Assembly (NCBI GenBank): GCA_003697105.1
Contig: RFFQ01000138.1
Location: 1 to 59,166, forward strand
DNA from: Gemmatimonadota bacterium
GTDB lineage: Bacteria > 4572-55 > J002
Direction of reading: 5' to 3'
DNA length: 59,166 bases
In this document: in pieces, positions 57,890-59,166 of the stretch
Numbering within the stretch: position 1 is the stretch's first letter
Layout of the letters: each line of letters starts with the position of its first letter
The notes under the pieces: model-generated
Databases searched by the model: none
Told to the model about the DNA's origin: nothing
The model's input: only the letters and a program-made list of their open reading frames with translations
Made by a program: the position numbers and the translations under genes

Positions 57890-58647
57890 CAGACCTTCCT
57901 CCAGATAGTGCGCAACCGGGTGATTTCCTGATCATCTTCTTTTCGCCGTACCTGATGCAAAAAATGATGCCCATCCGGTTGGGGCAGATGCTGGCATTGC
58001 GAGATCACCCGATCCCCGTAAAAACATTCCGCCCGAAAGTGAACTTCCACCGCCCGGAGTTGGTGATACTCCCAAATGAGCGGCGGTACGGCTTCCATTG
58101 CCCAGTCGATATAGCTGACGTGATTGACATGCTGATTGACATCCAGATCGCTGTGGCGCACGGTAAATACTCGATGATGATCGACTTGATTCAGTTGAGG
58201 TAATTTAGGGAAGGAATCATCTATTGCTCGTCCGCGGAATGTCTCCGCAGCGTCTTCCACCTGTGGTGGAATGCGCACGGGACGCCGCGTTTCTAAATTG
58301 AACATCGCCCATGCGGTGGTGGCGCGCCCCAAAAGGGTGCCTGTTTTATCCCGGATGCGAAAATCACGGATGCCATATAATCGATTGGCACCGGAGGGCC
58401 ATGTTTCGACGGTTAGCAGCTCTTTCCACTGCGGATATCGCTCCATCTGAACATGCAAGCGTGAAAGCACCCACGTTCGTTTTTTATCCAGCATGTTGTT
58501 CATGGAAAACCCCAGATGGAAGGCGTTATTTTCTGCCACGTCCTGCAAATAATTACAAATCGTCAAGATAGACGCCTGTCCGGTAGGGTCAAGTTCGTAT
58601 GTACGTACCGTAAAGTGCTCTTGCCAAATGGGTTTTTCGGTGCTCAT
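57889..58647 (-). CDS. Acyl-ACP thioesterase
   Basis: 'VR.YE.D', 'WVLSR', 'DLDVNQHVN..SY..W..E', 'F..EC'. Confidence 0.9.
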   Translation of the reverse strand: MSTEKPIWQEHFTVRTYELDPTGQASILTICNYLQDVAENNAFHLGFSMNNMLDKKRTWVLSRLHVQMERYPQWKELLTVETWPSGANRLYGIRDFRIRDKTGTLLGRATTAWAMFNLETRRPVRIPPQVEDAAETFRGRAIDDSFPKLPQLNQVDHHRVFTVRHSDLDVNQHVNHVSYIDWAMEAVPPLIWEYHQLRAVEVHFRAECFYGDRVISQCQHLPQPDGHHFLHQVRRKEDDQEITRLRTIWRKV

Positions 58648-58692
58648 GGGGAACTTCCTTTTATCTTCGGAGACCGGTTTGTGCAAACTCGC

Positions 58693-59166
58693 TTATGATG
58701 CGGCATCATTCGCTAACGGGAGACAAATCTCAAAATAGTGCTGGTTCGGGGTAGTTTCATGGGTCATTTCTCCACCGTGTAGCTCCACAATGCGTCGTGC
58801 CAACCGTAGTCCCAAATGCATCGGGAGGTCGTCATTGGCAGGCACGTAACCGCTACTTTCTAGCCGCAATTTGTACACGTCGTACTGGGCATGACCCTTA
58901 ACTTGCAGCAGGGAGCCTTCAGGCGATCTTTCCAGAAGCAGGTCGGTTAATTCCACAACCAATTTACCCAGATTATTTTTGGAAATCGCCACCGTTGCCG
59001 GTGTGAGGTCTAATGCTAAATCTGCTTGGCGATGCTGATCATAGGCACGTTGGCGGCAATAGTGAGCAATAATTTTGTCCGGCTGAGATGTCGCATGTTG
59101 CCGCAAGTTCGCTATTTTTTCGGGATTAAGCGCAACCATTCTAAAAAGGCGTAGTATTGGTAGTTA
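58693..59166 (-). pseudogene. 3' part of a degenerate HATPase/histidine-kinase-like gene, with a frameshift near 59140; gene continues outside the window
   Basis: Aligns with the C-terminal half of 34880..36019; the upstream alternate frame reads NYQYYAFLE (compare NFLTYAQIE); 'LGLRLARRIVELHGG'. Confidence 0.6.

Noticed and set aside
1-59166. CRISPR array, transposase or defence system
   Set aside because: No regularly spaced repeats and no cas, transposase or recognisable defence genes seen.

Overview
Bacterial chromosome segment, probably from a diderm anaerobe of the wider FCB group or a related candidate phylum (inferred from the C-terminal NYPNPFNP/FlgD-Ig sorting domain, DUF4837-like lipoprotein, LptA/LptB and uridyltransferase-only GlmU). 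The best candidate for a new system is a tightly packed + strand operon at 1-12520. It encodes a >1900-aa modular secreted protein, a radical SAM/SPASM enzyme with a fused C-terminal PqqD/RRE, and a 196-aa precursor-like peptide (long charged leader, YEKPTV motif, 11-Cys/10-Ser core). It continues with an HPr-kinase-like protein, an NTP_transf_5-like nucleotidyltransferase and an orphan Wzc tyrosine autokinase. This looks like a RiPP cluster combining rSAM crosslinking with lasso-type phospho/nucleotidyl tailoring, possibly tied to the cell surface. The rest is mostly housekeeping and signalling: two ECF modules, histidine kinases, lptA/lptB, glgP/glgC, ogt, OPT transporter, HU, ald, ubiB, three tRNAs, rlmB, feoAB and kynU. 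Several hidden features stand out: a DHH-CBS/tRNA nucleotidyltransferase gene apparently split in two, consistent with one ~18.8-kb inversion; a 138-bp MITE with a 7-bp target duplication; a complete sigma54 promoter (UAS, IHF site, -24/-12) driving a receiver gene followed by a ~370-nt highly structured RNA; and two single-base frameshifts. All family assignments come from motif recognition by eye, not database searches.
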